In this document: positions 18,704-28,172 of the stretch, piece after piece
How the letters are laid out: the number at the start of each line of letters is the position of its first letter
Numbering within the stretch: position 1 is the stretch's first letter
Assembly (NCBI GenBank): GCA_020429915.1
Contig: JAGQKV010000006.1
Location: forward strand, 5,458 to 69,457
Source: Candidatus Omnitrophota bacterium
Lineage (GTDB): Bacteria; Omnitrophota; Gorgyraeia; Zapsychrales; Zapsychraceae
Direction of reading: 5' to 3'
DNA: 64,000 nt
Program-made: the position numbers and the translations under genes
Notes under the pieces: model-generated
The model's database searches: none
What the model was told of the DNA's origin: nothing
What the model saw: the letters and a program-made list of their open reading frames with translations, nothing else

Positions 18704-20116
18704 GTGCGTACGGTGTCTACGGCGAAAGTATCGTTAATTCGACTCGACCTGGGAAACAGCAAAAATATCAAGCATCCCTACCATTGTTCTCCGCCTTTTT
18801 CTTTAAAATATCTGGAAGCGATCCTGCGGGAGAGCGGCTTTGAGGACGTACGACTCTACGATGCCATGCCGGGCCGTCACCGCAATGAAGATGTGCTTGC
18901 CGAACAATTGACCCGTCGGCCGGACTTTGTCATTTATACGGTGAACGTCACCACCCTCAAGGAATTCCGCGCCTTCAATGCCCGTCTCAAACAGGAGCGC
19001 CCGGTGCTGACGGTGGCTATGGGGTCGATCGATCCGCGGTTCGTTCCGCCGGAGCTGGATATCTATCTGCCCGGAGAGGCCGAGGTGGAGGCCGCACAGC
19101 TTTTGCAGCGCATCGTTGACGGGGAAAGCGACGCCGAGACGGAAATCACCCGTTACGCCAAATACAAACAGGGACCGCAGCCGAATTTTCTCGTCCACAA
19201 TCTGGATGACCTGCCGTTTCCGGTTTACACCCGTGATGAAATCAAGGACTACCGGTTCATTTATCCGGTGCGGATGTCGCGCAAATTGCGCTGGGGTCAT
19301 ATCCTGTCGTCGCGCGGATGCCCGTATAAATGCACCTTTTGCTCGCCGGTGACGCGGGAAAGTTACGGCGCGAAGGCCCGGTTACGCTCGGCCGCCAATG
19401 TAGTCGATGAGATCGAGCGTCTGAAAGAGCAGGGTGTGAACATGATCAGCTTTGACGACGACCTGTTGACCATTACCCGCCGGCATATCACGGAGTTGTG
19501 TGATGAGATGATCCGCCGCGACGTGCAGATGAACTGGCTGGCGCATTCGCGCATCGACAATATCGATTACGAATTGCTGCGCAAAATGAAGGCGGCTGGT
19601 TGCGTGCTGCTGCGTTTCGGCGTCGAGTCCGGATCCGCCCGGATTGTGGCGTCTTTGACCAAATCGTTCAAGAAGATCGACTGGAACGACCAGGCCAAGA
19701 GAATATTCCGTTATGCCAGGGAGCTCGATATCGCTACCCATGCGCTGTTGATTATCGGCAGCCCGACCGAAACCGAGGCTGAGATCCAGGAAACATTTCA
19801 ACTGGTAAAGGAAATCAACCCCGACATCATGCAGATCCACTTCTTCAGTCCGTATCCGGGTTCCGTCAGCTATGAGCAGCTCAAGACCGAGTTGAGCGAA
19901 GATCAGGTGATGAACATGTTTCATTACGAACTTCCGCGGCAGACCATGGGTTCCCTGAATTCGGAGCGTTTAGGGCAAATCCGGTCGGACCTGTACCGGC
20001 GCATCTTTCTTAATCCGCGCTTCTTTTTCAGTCACATGCGCAAGTATTTCAGTTTTTATATGACAAACCTCGATGTCTTCTACCGGCTGTCCAAGGGTCT
20101 GATTTACATTAGATAA
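18704..20116 (+). CDS. B12-binding-domain radical SAM enzyme (paralog of 17275-18699)
   Basis: GTG start. 'SRGCPYKCTFC' motif. Collinear with the preceding gene ('LDDLPFPV', 'AAGCVLLRFGVESGS'). Confidence 0.7.
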   Translation: MRTVSTAKVSLIRLDLGNSKNIKHPYHCSPPFSLKYLEAILRESGFEDVRLYDAMPGRHRNEDVLAEQLTRRPDFVIYTVNVTTLKEFRAFNARLKQERPVLTVAMGSIDPRFVPPELDIYLPGEAEVEAAQLLQRIVDGESDAETEITRYAKYKQGPQPNFLVHNLDDLPFPVYTRDEIKDYRFIYPVRMSRKLRWGHILSSRGCPYKCTFCSPVTRESYGAKARLRSAANVVDEIERLKEQGVNMISFDDDLLTITRRHITELCDEMIRRDVQMNWLAHSRIDNIDYELLRKMKAAGCVLLRFGVESGSARIVASLTKSFKKIDWNDQAKRIFRYARELDIATHALLIIGSPTETEAEIQETFQLVKEINPDIMQIHFFSPYPGSVSYEQLKTELSEDQVMNMFHYELPRQTMGSLNSERLGQIRSDLYRRIFLNPRFFFSHMRKYFSFYMTNLDVFYRLSKGLIYIR

Positions 20117-20120
20117 TTCC

Positions 20121-21389
20121 ATGACCAAGAAGTTACCCCGCGACAAGCGCGGCCCGCTCGTCGGGATTATATTCTTTCTCGTTCTTTTGTTTCTGATCGA
20201 AGCGGCGTCCTATTTGTGTCCGGCCAAACCCGACCGGCTGGAACGGATCCGCGCCGTATTGCGCCAGGACAGCCAGTTGTTCTGGCGCCAGCGCGCGCAT
20301 TTGAATACCGTCTTTGAGGGCGCGGCCGTACGGACCAACCGGTTGGGACTTCGCGACGAGCCGGTGAGCAAGGGCGGAAAGAAGCCGGTACTGCGCATCG
20401 TGACCCTCGGTGCCTCGCCGACATTCGGGTGGGGGGTAGAGCAAAACGATACCTACGCCCAGGTGCTTGAACGGATCCTGCGCGACACCTTAAATACCGA
20501 GCAGGTGGAGGTGATCAACGCCGGACAGATCGGTTTCAGTTCCTATCAGGGGCTGAAGTTTTTCCGGGAGGTGATCCTGCCGTTGAAGCCGAATATGATC
20601 ACCGTCTCGTATGTGATCAACGACGTGGACAAGTACCGGTTTTTCCGCAACCACTCGGCCCCTGACAGCCAGCTGAAGCCGCAGAGCGGATTGCTGGTGG
20701 CCGTGGAGAACGCGCTGGAACACAGCCGGTTTTTTCGTTTATATCGCAAGTTGGTCAACGGGACCAAATCGGCGTCGCAACAATTTTTCGGGGAGCGCGG
20801 CACCGGCGAATACCGGGAGTCACGGCGGGTGTCCCCGGAGGAATATCGCGCGAATATCACGGCACTGATCGATTTGGCACAACAGCACGGTATCGACGTG
20901 GTCCTGGTCAAGATGCCGGTCAATCTGCCGCAGCCGGTGAAGGTCCCGGAAAGCAATGTGATCCGGGCGAAGCAGACCGTGACCGAGGCGATGGTGTGGG
21001 CCGAGCGTGGTTACCGGGAGGAAGCCATCCGTTTACTGCAACAGGCGCTGGCGTACAATCCCAACACGCCCCGGGCGCACTATTATCTCGGGCAGCTCTA
21101 CCAGCGCACGGGCAAACGCAAGCAGGCCCGCAAACATTTTGAACGCACCGTTGTCCTGGAACTGTACGAATGCGCGCGGCTGGCCCTGGAGTACCACCGT
21201 GTGCTGGACGACATTGCCGCGCAGCGTGATGTTCGTCTGGTCGACGTGGTCACGGCCTTTGACGAATACCGCCGCTACGGCGGAGACTACCTGTTTCTGG
21301 ATCCGGAGCATGACACCATTCATCCCAACCGCACGGGTCACGCCGTGATCGGCTGGGCCATTTACGACGAAATCTTCGCGCGGCCGTGA
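20121..21389 (+). CDS. Membrane-anchored SGNH/GDSL-family hydrolase with an inserted TPR module
   Basis: N-terminal TM helix. Block I 'VTLGASPTFG', block III 'VINAGQIG', block V 'DTIHPNRTGH' (DxxHP). TPR-like 'AIRLLQQALAYNPNTPRAHYYLGQLYQRTGKRKQARKHFERT' sits between blocks III and V. Confidence 0.65.
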   Translation: MTKKLPRDKRGPLVGIIFFLVLLFLIEAASYLCPAKPDRLERIRAVLRQDSQLFWRQRAHLNTVFEGAAVRTNRLGLRDEPVSKGGKKPVLRIVTLGASPTFGWGVEQNDTYAQVLERILRDTLNTEQVEVINAGQIGFSSYQGLKFFREVILPLKPNMITVSYVINDVDKYRFFRNHSAPDSQLKPQSGLLVAVENALEHSRFFRLYRKLVNGTKSASQQFFGERGTGEYRESRRVSPEEYRANITALIDLAQQHGIDVVLVKMPVNLPQPVKVPESNVIRAKQTVTEAMVWAERGYREEAIRLLQQALAYNPNTPRAHYYLGQLYQRTGKRKQARKHFERTVVLELYECARLALEYHRVLDDIAAQRDVRLVDVVTAFDEYRRYGGDYLFLDPEHDTIHPNRTGHAVIGWAIYDEIFARP

Positions 21390-21402
21390 GCCTGCGCAAC
21401 CG

Positions 21403-21636
21403 GTGAAGACGATGACAAAGCCGAACGAACAACCCGATCCCCAACGGAAGCCGGAACGGCTCAAGAACAAGAAGATCAACACCAACAAAGAACTGTTGGT
21501 CGAGCTGTTCCAGATGATCAAGGAGCACAAGAAATGGTGGCTGTTGCCGTTCCTCTTAGTTCTGGCCTTTCTCAGTATTTTTGTGAACCTGGCCGGTAAC
21601 TCCTCCATTCTTCCCGCGATATACGCCCTGTTTTAG
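21403..21636 (+). CDS. DUF5989-like small membrane protein
   Basis: C-terminal 'ELLVELFQMIKEHKKWWLLPFLLVLAFLSIFVNLAGNSSILPAIYALF' matches the DUF5989 pattern (..KERKKWWLLPIIL..L.S..APFIYTLF). There is an unusual ~25-aa basic N-terminal extension; the start may be further downstream. Confidence 0.5.
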   Translation: MKTMTKPNEQPDPQRKPERLKNKKINTNKELLVELFQMIKEHKKWWLLPFLLVLAFLSIFVNLAGNSSILPAIYALF

Positions 21637-21686
21637 TATCAATCCGCGCACCGTCCGCCCGGACAGGCCATTCGGAATATTCCGTC

Positions 21687-22439
21687 ATGAACAAAAACCA
21701 TATGAAAATAGCGACCGTCATCCTCATTGTGGGTGCTGTGGCCTATAGTGTGTATGTTTTCCTGCAGGAGAGCGGCCGCGCGCGCATGGAGCAGCATTGG
21801 TCGGGGCAGCGTTTTGCCGCGCGGGATTATTATCCGCTGACGCCCGGGAACAAGTGGACATATCGTATCAGTGGTGATGACGAGCAATCCCGTTTGGACG
21901 TCGAAATCACCCAACGGGTGCAGTGGCAGGGACGCGATGCCGTCCGGGTGACTTTCAACGACGCGGCTTCAAAGATTCTCGGATTCGCCGAGAGCGGTCT
22001 GGTTAAATATCAGGAGATCGACGACGGAGAACAGGAAGTTTATGATCCTCCAGGCAGCATATTGCCCGATTTGACGTTCGGCGAATCCAGGGTGTTTCAT
22101 CCCAAATACGTTATGCAAACGGCGGACGCGGAGGTCGCCACCCGGGCTGCCGCCGAAATGAGTTTTTGGCTGGATACCATCGAAAGCGTCAAGGTGCCGG
22201 CCGGCACTTTCCGGGATGTCCTGAAAGTCGGCTATTACGACCGTTGGGAAGAAGAGGACGGGAGTTTCGATATCAGCCGCGGATATATCTGGTTTGCCAG
22301 GGGCGTCGGGATTGTTAAAATCAAAGGCTCGGCCACCGAAGTCGATCCCGAGAGCGGTCGGCGCGAGACGGAAAAGGAAATGCACGTGCTGGTATCGTAT
22401 CATATCGCCGGCGATGCACGGGAGGGCCGTAGTGAATAA
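21687..22439 (+). CDS. Hypothetical membrane-anchored protein
   Basis: N-terminal TM helix followed by a ~200-aa soluble domain. Codon usage is consistent with neighbouring genes. No motif recognised. Confidence 0.45.
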   Translation: MNKNHMKIATVILIVGAVAYSVYVFLQESGRARMEQHWSGQRFAARDYYPLTPGNKWTYRISGDDEQSRLDVEITQRVQWQGRDAVRVTFNDAASKILGFAESGLVKYQEIDDGEQEVYDPPGSILPDLTFGESRVFHPKYVMQTADAEVATRAAAEMSFWLDTIESVKVPAGTFRDVLKVGYYDRWEEEDGSFDISRGYIWFARGVGIVKIKGSATEVDPESGRRETEKEMHVLVSYHIAGDAREGRSE

Positions 22440-23757
22440 AACAGACGCCCAACGGAATTGGGGATTAGTCGTGGCCGGCATTTTGGCCGCATTTTTGTTG
22501 TTGGAAGCCGGGCTGCGGCTGGCCGGTTTTGTCTTCATGCAAACCCAGCAGGCCAGTAACCGCCGGGCCTTGAACACCGCCGGTGCGGTGCGGGTGTTGT
22601 GTCTGGGGGAATCGACCACCGCGTTGGGCGGCGCGCATGCGTATCCGCAGCTGTTGGAGCAGATTCTCAACCAAAATCCGGACGGCCGCGTGTTTCGGGT
22701 CATCAACAAGGGCGTGCCCGGGATCACCACCGACCACATTCTTGCCGGGCTCGATGACACCTTGAAGAAGTATGAACCGCATGTCGTGGTGGCGATGATG
22801 GGGATCAACGACGAGGACGGGGACGCGTCCTCCTGGGAAGAGCGCCTGCTGCATAAGTCCCGCGTGGTGCGGTTGCTGCAACTGATCGGCCGTCACGCCG
22901 CGCAGTCCCTGCCGTTTACTCACGCTGCACGCGAGAAGAAACTCTTTGACGAATTCATGAACAGCTGGGAGCAGGGGACTTCCGGCGAACCCGGCAAGGC
23001 CGAGTCGCTTTTCCGTCGCCAGCTGCGGGATCATCCCGATGATGTCGATGCTTATCTTGAACTGGCCAACTGGTTGCTTGTGCTCGACAAAGACGACGAG
23101 GCCATGTCCTTACTCGATGAAGCACAACGCAAATTTCCCGACAATGACGACATTCAGCTCGGCAAGGGGATCGCTTACCTGTTCCAGGACAGATGGGATG
23201 ACGCGGCGCGCGAACTTTACAACTACATCCAGCATGTAGGATATAACGATGATGCCTATATGGGCCTCGGCTGGGCCTTCATGCGGCAGGGCAAATACCT
23301 CCAGGCCGAAGAGATCCTGCGGCAAAATCTGGCGTTGAATCCCACGGACGCGGCCTTCGGGGCGTTGATCCTGTGTTACGAAAAGCAGGGTAAAACGGCC
23401 ATGGCAGAGAAGTACGGGCGGTTGGCGGAGGAGCGGCGCGCGCGCCGGCTGCTGCCGGTGACCCAGGACCGGTATCGGGAGCTGTACGCGGAGCTTCACC
23501 GGCGCGGGATCCCGCTGGTGGCTGTCCAGTATCCGCGGCGGGATGTCGGCCTGCTGCAGGCGGTTCTGGGCGAACGGGAGGGAATCGCGTTCGTGGACAA
23601 CAAGGCGAGCTTCGACGCGGCAGTCGCCCGGGACGGCTACGAGACGTATTTTATCAACAATTTCGCCGGGGATTTCGGTCACGGCACGGCGACCGGCAAC
23701 CGGCTGCTGGCCGAGAACGTGGCTAAGGCGGTGCTCGGGCTGGTCACGACGTTTTAA
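22414..23757 (+). CDS. Membrane-anchored SGNH hydrolase with inserted TPR module (paralog)
   Basis: Start set at the ATG at 22414 (the track ORF starts at 22294 and would overlap the previous gene by ~145 nt). One TM helix. 'VLCLGESTTALGG' (block I), 'VINKGVPGITTD' (block III), TPR repeats at aa ~240-370, 'FAGDFGHGTATGNRL' (block V). Confidence 0.65.
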   Translation: MHGRAVVNKTDAQRNWGLVVAGILAAFLLLEAGLRLAGFVFMQTQQASNRRALNTAGAVRVLCLGESTTALGGAHAYPQLLEQILNQNPDGRVFRVINKGVPGITTDHILAGLDDTLKKYEPHVVVAMMGINDEDGDASSWEERLLHKSRVVRLLQLIGRHAAQSLPFTHAAREKKLFDEFMNSWEQGTSGEPGKAESLFRRQLRDHPDDVDAYLELANWLLVLDKDDEAMSLLDEAQRKFPDNDDIQLGKGIAYLFQDRWDDAARELYNYIQHVGYNDDAYMGLGWAFMRQGKYLQAEEILRQNLALNPTDAAFGALILCYEKQGKTAMAEKYGRLAEERRARRLLPVTQDRYRELYAELHRRGIPLVAVQYPRRDVGLLQAVLGEREGIAFVDNKASFDAAVARDGYETYFINNFAGDFGHGTATGNRLLAENVAKAVLGLVTTF

Positions 23758-23811
23758 GTGAAAATATGCTAGAATATAAATACTTATATTATTACCCGGA
23801 CAGGATTCCCC

Positions 23812-25269
23812 ATGACCAAGAGAAAACTCGCGCTCCGCTATAAGCTTCTTATCAGCCTGATCAGCCTGCTTTTTAGTCTGACCGCCCTCGAACTGGGATT
23901 GGCAGCCGTCGGCCGGATTTATTACAGCCCGGACGAGGTCTACCGGGACGATGAATTGGAGGCGACGGGTAACGGTCCGGCCAAGACCCTGGTGGCCGTG
24001 GGCGATTCCTTTACCCACGGCGGTCTGGTCGCCGGGGACGCCACCTACACCCACTTCCTGCGTCAAATCCTGCGTGAGCAACAATACACCGATTACCGCG
24101 TCAAGAATCTTGGGATCTGCGAACTCAACAGCGGCGAGTTGCTCAAACGCATCCCGCGGATTATCGACCGGAACCAGCCCTACGCCATCCTGCTCCTGGT
24201 CGGTGCGACCAACCGTTTTAATCCCTGGGACTACGAGGCCTACGCCAACAAGGACTTTGTCAGCACGCTGAAAAAGAATTTCTTCAATCTGCGCGTGGTG
24301 AAGATGGCGCGTTTTATCGGTCTGGCCCTGACGGCGAACCGCGATATGGACCGCAACGGTTTGCTCAGTCTGATCGGTCCCGGCGACCGCAGCCGCAATA
24401 CACGGCATGACCTGCATCTGGAATATCTCGAGGAACGGCAGGAGGAGGCGGACATAAATTCCCCCGACGAGGTCGCCCGGGTGTGGGCTCTTTACAAGGA
24501 GGGCCGTAAAGCCGAAGCCCTGCACCGGGCCGAAAAACTCTTCACCGGACGCAGCCCGCGGGGACGCGAACTGCTGTTCGCCCTGACCTATTTTTACCTG
24601 AAGAATGACCGGCCCGATAAGGTTCAGGAAATGATCGCCTTGGCCACCAAAAACGACCGGGAGTCCGAGGAGATCCTCAATTTCATGACGTTCTACCGTT
24701 TTGAGCTGGCCCGCTGGCATCGGGAGCATTTGCAATATGACGAAGCCATCGACTGGTATCTTAAGGCCATCGCACTCGATCCGGATGCCGATTATTTTTT
24801 CTTTGAGCTTAACAAGATTTTCGATCTGCAGAGCCGGTATACCTCCAAGATGCTTTACGACAAACTCGCGGCGCTCGCCGACGAAAATCCGGACATCGCG
24901 CTCAGCCGGATGTATCAGAATCATCTCAAGCTCTACCGTGACAAACAAAAGTGGGAAGACGGAATCGGGGACTGGCTGCGGCATGATCTGGACGCCATCG
25001 CTGCCCTCTGTCGGCAGCGCGGGATCAAGCTGATTATCCAAAAGTATCCCGTGTCGTATCCGTTGGCGAATTCGGTGATCGAGGAGATTGCCCGTAAGTA
25101 CGACCTGCCCGTCGTCGATCATTTGACCCGCTTCCGTGACCTGGAACCGAAGAAAGATTATCTTTACGATGATGATCACTGCACGCCTGCCGGGCACCGG
25201 ATCATGGCGGAGAATATATACAAAACGCTGGTCAAGACGCAAACGGTCACTCATGAAAAGACAAATTAG
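23812..25269 (+). CDS. Membrane-anchored SGNH hydrolase with inserted TPR module (paralog)
   Basis: TM helix. 'LVAVGDSFTHGG' (GDSxx block I). TPR-like region ('ALYKEGRKAEALHRAEKLF', 'YDEAIDWYLKAIALDPDADYFF'). C-terminal 'DDDHCTPAGHRIMAENI' (block V DxxH). Confidence 0.65.
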   Translation: MTKRKLALRYKLLISLISLLFSLTALELGLAAVGRIYYSPDEVYRDDELEATGNGPAKTLVAVGDSFTHGGLVAGDATYTHFLRQILREQQYTDYRVKNLGICELNSGELLKRIPRIIDRNQPYAILLLVGATNRFNPWDYEAYANKDFVSTLKKNFFNLRVVKMARFIGLALTANRDMDRNGLLSLIGPGDRSRNTRHDLHLEYLEERQEEADINSPDEVARVWALYKEGRKAEALHRAEKLFTGRSPRGRELLFALTYFYLKNDRPDKVQEMIALATKNDRESEEILNFMTFYRFELARWHREHLQYDEAIDWYLKAIALDPDADYFFFELNKIFDLQSRYTSKMLYDKLAALADENPDIALSRMYQNHLKLYRDKQKWEDGIGDWLRHDLDAIAALCRQRGIKLIIQKYPVSYPLANSVIEEIARKYDLPVVDHLTRFRDLEPKKDYLYDDDHCTPAGHRIMAENIYKTLVKTQTVTHEKTN

Positions 25270-26758
25270 CAATGTCCATCTGATCCGCACCTTTATTCCG
25301 GTCGGCACCGGCGGACCCATTCCGCCGCTGGAGATGCTGTATGTGGCTTCGCAACTGCGCCGGACCTTCGCAGACACATTGCAACTGCGCTTGACGGACA
25401 CCGGTGTGGGAAATTTGAGTGTAGAGGATATCCGGGATGAATGGGGTGGGTTCGCTCCGGACCTGATCATCCTCTACGCGTTGTCGTGGGAAGCCGGTTT
25501 GGTCCACGCGCTCGCCGCGGTTGTCAAAGAGCTTCATCCCGATACGGCGGTCGTTGTCTTCGGGCAATTGGCCACGTTTTCGGGTCAGTACCTGTGCGAG
25601 GATCCGCATATCGATTTTGTGGTGGTCGGCGAGCCGGAGCTGACGGTCGCGGAACTGGTGGGGGCGCTGCGGGAGGAGCACAAAGATCTGAGTAGTATCA
25701 ACGGACTTGCTTACCGTGTGGACGGCGCCGTGACAATGACCGCGCCGCGGGTGTATCCCGACAATATCGATGCGTTTGAAATCATCCCGGAGATGTGGGA
25801 TGCCATCGATATCCGCCGTTACGCGCAGTACGAAAACTGGAACGGGGCGATCAAGGAAGACTTTTATATTCCCATCCTGACGCAGCGTGGATGCCCGTTC
25901 AAGTGCACGTTCTGCCGGGAAACGTACGGCAAGAAATTTCACGCCCGCTCGCCCGAGCACGTGCTGGCCGAAATAAAATTCCTGCACGAACGGTACGGAG
26001 CCAGAGAGTTTCATATTTACGATCCGGTCTTTAACTATGACCAGGACCGCGCCAAGCGGATTTGTCAGCTGATCATTGATGCCGGTTTACCGATCAGTCT
26101 GGCTTTTCCTCACGGGGTCCGTGCCGACATCATGACCGAGGAATTGCTGACCCTGATGCGCCGCGCCGGCACGTACAAATTGGTGTACGGCATTGAGTCG
26201 GCATCGCGGCGGCTGCAGAAGGCCTTCCGTAAAAATCTGAACCTCGAGCAGGTGCGCGAGATCATCCGCGTGACGGCGGACAAGGGTATCATCACCGGCG
26301 GCTATTTCATGCTCGGCCATCTCAGCGAAACCGCCGGGGAGATTGAAGAGACCATTCGCTTTGCCGTCACCTCGGACCTCGACGTGGCCTCGTTTTTCAA
26401 GGCCACCGATTATGATGACGTCAACAAGATCTACGCGTCCAAGTTCAAAGACAACCTCGACGACACGGATATCTTCGCCGGGATTCGCGACATCGCGTAT
26501 TACGCCGTGAACCGGTCGCAGGCCGCGGTGGACGCGGCGGAGTTGAACCGGCTGGTTCTGTCGGCACAGCGCCGGTTTTATTTTCACCCGCGCCGGATAT
26601 GGCGGGGATTCGGTCGGTATCCGAGCAAACGCAAATACATTAAGAATCTGATGACCGCTGCAGGGCTGATCCTGCAAGGGTATATCGTTCAGTCCCTGAC
26701 GGCGGACACAACCGCGAAAAAGCCGGCGGCCGGAGCCGTCGCGCATTCGCATGCCTGA
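25253..26758 (+). CDS. B12-binding-domain radical SAM enzyme
   Basis: Start at the ATG at 25253 (MKRQISNVH..), overlapping the previous stop by 17 nt. 'TQRGCPFKCTFC' CX3CX2C motif with an N-terminal cobalamin-binding-like domain. Confidence 0.7.
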   Translation: MKRQISNVHLIRTFIPVGTGGPIPPLEMLYVASQLRRTFADTLQLRLTDTGVGNLSVEDIRDEWGGFAPDLIILYALSWEAGLVHALAAVVKELHPDTAVVVFGQLATFSGQYLCEDPHIDFVVVGEPELTVAELVGALREEHKDLSSINGLAYRVDGAVTMTAPRVYPDNIDAFEIIPEMWDAIDIRRYAQYENWNGAIKEDFYIPILTQRGCPFKCTFCRETYGKKFHARSPEHVLAEIKFLHERYGAREFHIYDPVFNYDQDRAKRICQLIIDAGLPISLAFPHGVRADIMTEELLTLMRRAGTYKLVYGIESASRRLQKAFRKNLNLEQVREIIRVTADKGIITGGYFMLGHLSETAGEIEETIRFAVTSDLDVASFFKATDYDDVNKIYASKFKDNLDDTDIFAGIRDIAYYAVNRSQAAVDAAELNRLVLSAQRRFYFHPRRIWRGFGRYPSKRKYIKNLMTAAGLILQGYIVQSLTADTTAKKPAAGAVAHSHA

Positions 26759-26760
26759 TC

Positions 26761-26961
26761 ATGAAAACGATACGGAAAATAATGGCTTTTATCTTGTGCG
26801 GGATCGGATTGATTTTGCCGTGGAAGCTGCGCTGCATCTACATCGAGATCCTGGGCTGGATCACCCAGTTTGTTTATTTGTCTTATATCGTCATTCTCAA
26901 ATTTATTCTACAGGAACTGCAAAAGGCCAAGGCCGAACAGGCAAACTATGAAACTCAATGA
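26761..26961 (+). CDS. Small hydrophobic protein (two TM helices)
   Basis: 66-aa ORF starting 3 nt after the upstream stop. Hydrophobic. Overlaps the next start by 14 nt. Confidence 0.3.
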   Translation: MKTIRKIMAFILCGIGLILPWKLRCIYIEILGWITQFVYLSYIVILKFILQELQKAKAEQANYETQ

Positions 26962-27799
26962 GACGGCGACACTATTTTCAGGCGGGACCGACTCGACGCT
27001 GACCGCGGCCTTGATGGCCGAGAAGTTCGACAAGATCCATCTTATCACTTATGACCGATTCGCGTTTTCGTCGGTCATGAATCCGATGGTGAACGTTAAG
27101 AAGCTGCGCGATAAGTACGGCGAGGACAAGTTCGATTTCCACGTCATCAAGGTCGAGAAGCTGACCCGTTTCGTTTTCTACGAACGTTACTTGCACAACA
27201 TCCGTAAACACGGCTTCTTCTTATTGACGATATGCGGATTGTGCAAACTGGCGATGCACGTGCGTACCGTGATCTTTTGCCTGGAAAACGGGATCCCCAA
27301 TGTCTGCGACGGCGCCAATCAGGGCATGCACCTGTTCCCGGCCCAGATGGCCAGCGTGATCAAGGAGTACGGCGATATGTACACGCGCTACGGGATCACC
27401 TATTCCAATCCCGTATTTAAATATGAAGGGCCGCAAGATCTGGATTTTACGGACCGCCTGCGTCTGGAGCGCGTGCTGTCCCGGGACAAGGAGCCTGCAA
27501 CCGCGACGGCCGCACGCACCGCCAACACCACCGGCCGCAAACTGTATGAACTGGGCCTGATGCCGTCGGAAAACGTGAAGGGCACCGAACTCGACCGGAG
27601 GATGCAGCCGCGCTGTTTTCAATTTATCCTCTTTAATGTCTTCGTCCACTGGTTTTATCTGGCGGACCATACGTATGAAGAATACCAGGACGCGACGGTC
27701 CGGTTTTATCAGGATAAAATTCGGGCCATGGTGAAGCATTTGGATGACTATGCCGCCGCCGGCGCTGACAGCCGGTTGGCGAGAATGATCGAAAGGTGA
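26948..27799 (+). CDS. PP-loop superfamily ATP pyrophosphatase (putative sulfurtransferase/adenylyltransferase)
   Basis: Start at the ATG at 26948. 'LFSGGTDST' is the SGGxDS PP-loop motif. Conserved Cys pairs ('CGLCKLAMH','FCLENGIPNVCDGAN'). Confidence 0.65.
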   Translation: MKLNETATLFSGGTDSTLTAALMAEKFDKIHLITYDRFAFSSVMNPMVNVKKLRDKYGEDKFDFHVIKVEKLTRFVFYERYLHNIRKHGFFLLTICGLCKLAMHVRTVIFCLENGIPNVCDGANQGMHLFPAQMASVIKEYGDMYTRYGITYSNPVFKYEGPQDLDFTDRLRLERVLSRDKEPATATAARTANTTGRKLYELGLMPSENVKGTELDRRMQPRCFQFILFNVFVHWFYLADHTYEEYQDATVRFYQDKIRAMVKHLDDYAAAGADSRLARMIER

Positions 27800-27800
27800 A

Positions 27801-28169
27801 TTGATGATCGGTGATACCGGTTGCTGCGGATTTTCGGGGATACAGAAAGGGCCGAACCTGTTCGGGCTGCTGACGCTGTCGGTGCCGATGCTGGTGGTGT
27901 GCCTGGCAGTTTACCCGCTGATGTTTGTGCTCGGCGCCTTTAATCCGGCTGCGGCCCGACGCAGAGACCAGGTCCGGATCATCATCCGTGCCAACTTCAA
28001 TCTGATCCATCAAAAGACGTTCTTTCCGTTGTTCCGCTGTAAGATGGCCGGCACCGTGTTCCGTTTCTCACCGCGGTTGTCCGGATTGCTGTACCGTTCG
28101 TTTAATCTCGCCGCCTTTTTATTGATCTGGTTATGCGTGTTGTTGCCGGTCTTGGCGTGGATAAAATAG
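27801..28169 (+). CDS. Small membrane protein
   Basis: 122-aa ORF starting right after the upstream stop, with 3 hydrophobic helices. Confidence 0.35.
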   Translation: MMIGDTGCCGFSGIQKGPNLFGLLTLSVPMLVVCLAVYPLMFVLGAFNPAAARRRDQVRIIIRANFNLIHQKTFFPLFRCKMAGTVFRFSPRLSGLLYRSFNLAAFLLIWLCVLLPVLAWIK

Positions 28170-28172
28170 CTT

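Noticed and set aside
22294-22413. N-terminal extension of the second SGNH-TPR ORF
   Set aside because: It overlaps the upstream gene. The ATG at 22414 precedes the TM helix.
23110-25470. 786-aa ORF on the minus strand
   Set aside because: It is antisense to two + strand genes with clear SGNH/TPR and B12-rSAM motifs. It has no recognisable domains and is Arg/Pro/Gly-rich, typical of GC-rich antisense frames.
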